A stretch of 64,000 bases of DNA, from the NCBI GenBank assembly GCA_002633005.1, contig NMRA01000704.1:62001-126000 (forward strand). Reading direction: 5' to 3'. The translations under genes were made by a program, and so were the position numbers. Shown here piece by piece: positions 59,340 to 64,000 of this stretch. This DNA comes from Phoronis australis (taxonomy: Eukaryota > Animalia > Phoronida). Numbering within the stretch: the stretch's first letter is position 1; each line of letters starts with the position of its first letter. The notes under the pieces are model-generated. The model did not search any database. It was given only the letters and a program-made list of their open reading frames with translations, and had not been told where the DNA came from.

Positions 59340-62300
59340 AACTTAAGTGTGGACTGTCAGCTGGACAGAGTTAATTTCAGCAGCTGAGTCAGCAGCGTCC
59401 TCAACACGCAACCTCGACTCCAACCATAAGGAGGTTATCGCAATTAATTTTCAGTGCAGTTTCCCCGCCTGTGCTGCCTCCATTCGGCGTGATTGGCTAA
59501 AGAGTAAACTCCACCAGTACAATGTTGCCTTAAATAGGTATGCTGGGTTGAGTTCCCGTAGACGCCATGGTATAATCTCGTTAAGGAGGCTAGAGTGTAT
59601 TCATGTACTTCGTGAGTAATGTATGGCGACATCTCGGGAAGATCTTGGACTTTTGCGAGGCTCTTGCTTCCACAGAACGCACGCCTGATGGACCGCTGGA
59701 GTAATCTCGTAGCCAAACTCTTAGGCAAAGGAAACGGTGGGCGTGAAATGGAGGATATACTGACATTTTTTGGAATGTGGCTACTGAAAGGATGGTTAAA
59801 AACTCAAACTTGCACGCGTATGCTTTTTATTTGCTCCTGTATGCTTTAAGTGGTCCGTTGGCAAAGGATAAATGCTTGTGTGGAACTTATTAAACAACAG
59901 AAACAAGGTATTAGTTTAAGACGCATTATTTTTTGTAACGCTTGACCTTCAAAACAATGGTTTGACACTTAATTTGACCATAGATTATAGACAGCAGATG
60001 TACTATAGTCTATGATTTGACTAATTACATGCAATAGTCAGTTAGACATCGCAAAATAGCGAATTTGAATAAAAACACTGAGACCTTTCATTGGCTGGTA
60101 ACATCGATTTTTATCCTCCAAATTTGTTTCACAAAAACGCACTTTGGAAGTTGATGTCTGGGAGGAGCACGGCGGCCATTTTCCGACTCACTCTCATACG
60201 ACCAACACATTTGGTGGCCATCGAAAAATAGCAAAACATCATAACCGTAGCTAAATGTAATGAATCCCAACAGATTGGTAGACCCAAGAGAAACCTAGGG
60301 TGCAGTGCTGAAAACAAGACACCACATGTCTTCGTTTTGGAATGGTATTTTGGCGGCCATCTTGGAAAATGTGAGAACAAATCAAACACAATGAATCTTA
60401 ACGGAGAAGTCGCCCAGAAATCAAGATTACATATCCCCTCATTCAGACGAAGCGACTCAGCGTATTTATGGTGACCATGTTGAAAAATGTCGGAAAGTAT
60501 CATCGACAAATCTGTAAAAAGTTTTGAAATTTTACTCCATCTCTTTCCATTCTTGATAAAACCAGCTCTTCCTCTGCCATGATTTTAATTGACCTTTTTA
60601 TCGTACTGGGTTTAGGTAGATACCACTTATCCATCGAAAAATCTCTGGCAGTTTGGAATGATCCGTACGAAAACTGAACTTTTGGTCACTGTCTTCTTCC
60701 TTGCAATATACAGTCGCATTATTTGTTTCGACACTGTCAATGTATAAGTTTCGCTCTCACGCGTCCGGTGTTCTTCAAAGCTCACCGCATACAGTACATG
60801 AGCTATGTGCTGTATGTGCTTATCCAACAGTTTGCTAAGCCCATGCATGTAGCTCATGGTGATTGTTTTGGGCTTTCCTTAGCATACGAAAGGCTATGGA
60901 CTAATGATAAACCATTGTTGTTACCTCTTTGCACCCAGTCGTTTGCGTGTTTTATGGATATGCCTGCATGTATGGCAGACGGTTGTGATTGTAATCAACT
61001 GCATAGTTAGTATTTTGTGCTGTATTCTTTGCAAATCTTGTATTACTGTCAACCGTAACTCTTTAAACTTTTCGCCATGTTTTTATCTTCTTTATGCATT
61101 ATATTCCCTCTAACGTCACCATTTTTCTAAGCATTGTGCATCCATTGTTCGCCTGGGTCTTTATCTTTTGAAGCATGGAACAAAACATCCCAGAGATGGA
61201 GCCCGTGTCTATGCGGCGGTGAAAATAAGAGACAACAAGCACCATGCGAAGTGGCAATTTTGTTCGTGTGCGTTTCCGATACCACTACCGCTGTGTGATG
61301 AACTGTTATTAGCATTATGCATGTAGTGGCAACTGGTTGCTACCATGATTTGGCGCAGAAAGAGCACGTTGAAAGTGCAACGGGTATTTTGCGGCTTACA
61401 TATTCAATATCGTAGCAGTGGCGTACATGAAATGCGAGTAATTCACTTTTGCTCACAGACAAATGTGACGATAAAAGCAAAGCCAGGTGCATAGTCTCAT
61501 GTTTGTGACTATTCTTTCTGACATCGTATGAAATGCACGTGCAACAGGAGACATTCTAAATAAAAAACGCAAAAATAGCAACGTTTTCTATGTCAGTTTA
61601 TTCTTGATGCAATGAACAAGTCTTCTATTTGGATAAAAAGACTAGCAGAAATTCCTGTATTTAATCTTGTTTCATGTGTGAGACAATGAAGAAATACCTT
61701 TGGTTACAGATTTGTACCTTAATTTACTAACATTTACTACGGGTGTTGCCACAAAGTGGCGAAAAACCAAGAGTAATGCTTGAAAAAACACCAAACACCA
61801 TAAACAACATACAATGTCGTGTAGTTTACAACTTTTCAGAGCTTCAGTTCACACCATTTTAACGCCACTTAAGACTTTGACAGGAAATGAAAAAGGAAGA
61901 ACTAAGTGTAATTGATTCTATGCCAATTGGGTCACCAGACAAAAGACTTCAAATGTTCATTCTGGAACACAAAACTTAATACGATATAGTGACTATTCAC
62001 GTAACAAGTTTCCACAGGTGTAGTTTCATTTTGTCAAAGTTCAAAACAAAATGAAGATTGTAAAAAATATTGCATATTCTTTTTCTTGGAAGCAAACAAG
62101 GTAATTAGCTCAAGAAAATGGTCTTCATGTAAACACGTGACCATGGAAGTGAAGAAGTCCTTTCAGTGGACAAAATAATCACAGTTCGAAATGTGCTCTC
62201 GGAGTATCTAGATACATATAGGAAAAGGAGCGCGCCTTGCTTGTTGATTTGGTACCGTTTTCATACACTTCACGCATCAGGATGTATCTCTACATGTATG

Positions 62301-64000
62301 TTGGCGGCGACTCCTTTGCAATACACAACATAGCACTGCAACATCTCTGACGGATAACATCGGAGGACAAAGTGGCTGACTGACGAAGAACACTACGCGT
62401 AGGGACTTTTAGGCAACCAGATTGCCTGGACCATTTCTTGTATTAATTTTTCTTGAATTTCAATTATTTATTTTATTGACTGATGTCAAATAACATCCAT
62501 ACATAGATTTTCCTCTTCTCGAGGCTCACCAGTTTATAGTTGAGTGTACTAAGGCCATCTTGTAGCGAATCCAAAAGTTTCCATCTAGAAAGACAAAACC
62601 CTACAAGGACATCTCGACCTGGCATAGTGACAAAATACAATGTACATTATATGTTATCGCATATTTTGAAGCCTCTTTTACAATTTCATGTAAAACACCA
62701 ATGTTACCATCATGACGTCCCTAACATTCGAGTACAACTAAATCTGCAGGCGACTCTAACCAAAAGTGTGATGCGAAACTCATGTCCAAAGATCGGACCA
62801 AACAAACATAGCGACGGGAGATCAGACTTTGTGACTGTACCAGCTAGTTCGCAAACTCAATTGACCAAGCAAACCACTACATAATGGCACTGCTCTTAAG
62901 GTGCTTTCCCATTAGGGGAACTTCACCAAAACTTCAATTGCCTTTTTCGTCTAGACAGCCATATCGACGTTATCGCCAATGTCGCTTTCCCATTGGGGGA
63001 ACTTCGATTTACCAAAACCTTCGCCTAATCTTCGATTACGTTTCTGACTAGACTGCGAAATGGAAGTTATCGCTATGACAACAGATGACGCAATTCATTC
63101 GTACTCTCAAACGAGTATCGAGTAACGGAACTATGTCGGCTCATAAACAGAAGGAACAGCATTTTGAAATCCAACTTCAGAAATTCAGTAATCGAGCCTT
63201 ACCTCTGCGGGGAAACAGGGTTGCTCCTGTCACGTGTATGTTTTACCATGTGATATTTTGCTAAGTTGCGAGGGACAGTGGTGATCTTGATCCCCTTTTT
63301 TACAACTCTGAAACAAAGTAAAGGGTGGACATTTCCCGGCACGTTCCGCCAAAATGTGCAGAATCTCTCACAAAGATGTTTTGTCCCTGTGTGAAGACTA
63401 TTACTAAGGACATCTAACAAAACAAGAATGTAACATTTCTTTAGACAGTTGTGCATGTTAAAACTGTATTTCGCCCAGTTTAGCTGACTAATGGAATAAG
63501 GGGTTTTATTCTAATAAACTCGGTCTTGTAATGTACCTTACCGCGGTAGGATTCTACGTACGTTACTAAGGTAATTTTTACACGCTTAATTTTCGAAATC
63601 AAAATTCTTGGGTTGGCTAACGGGTTATGATTTCGGTGCTCATCTGGAAACGGAGAAAGACTCCTATGACTGTAAGGAATAAAACGAAAACAATTTTACA
63701 AGAGTGCAAGCAAACAGCGCAAAACTGCAGTAGCCCGAAAGTATCATCCCTGTTTTAGTTAGATGATTTTATTTTTCCTTTTTCACCCAGACGTAAATAA
63801 TTTGAAAAAGATTGGAATAGTGTACGGACTCTGTCAGGAACTAGTCTATTTAGTAACTGGCTGCGAACTTGTGAAGCGAGCAGACGATCACTAGACTGGT
63901 AAACCAAGTAGAGGTCACGACCTCACGGGCACAAGCACCTCGTGAGAACAATGTTGCCGTCGGACTTCGGCCTCGGACAGCATTGGTCTCCCATTTAGCA

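Noticed and set aside
59347-59849. ORFs downstream of the cytokine-like stop codon
   Set aside because: No clear acceptor-donor structure or recognisable motif; treated as probable 3' UTR.
61900-62420. Possible Sola-like transposase remnant on the minus strand
   Set aside because: Only vague motif resemblance with multiple stops, and no TIRs identified.

Overview
AT-rich, intron-containing animal genomic DNA, probably a marine invertebrate such as a mollusc (inferred from repeat families and protein style only). The main gene is a + strand GRK4/5/6-subfamily G protein-coupled receptor kinase (GRK5/Gprk2-like). I could splice 13 coding exons in frame from 12994 to the stop at 30838. The first two coding exons were not found and probably lie upstream of the window. 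The 3' UTR may run about 8 kb to a poly(A) signal at 39117. Introns and intergenic DNA hold many non-autonomous DNA transposons (Tc1/mariner-pogo-like, hAT-like with 6-bp TSDs, Harbinger-like, a deleted piggyBac, Helentron/DINE-like) and a 5'-truncated, decayed Tx1/L1-type LINE (about 42080-45497). Two observations stand out. First, ~50-bp minisatellites duplicate the GRK splice sites themselves (5 tandem acceptors before exon 5, 4 donor-region copies after exon 6), and every extra site leads to a premature stop. Second, there is a candidate four-exon gene (52493-59339) whose product resembles a secreted long-chain four-helix cytokine (IL-6/LIF/Unpaired-like). Exon numbers assume two missing upstream exons. 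No database searches were run.
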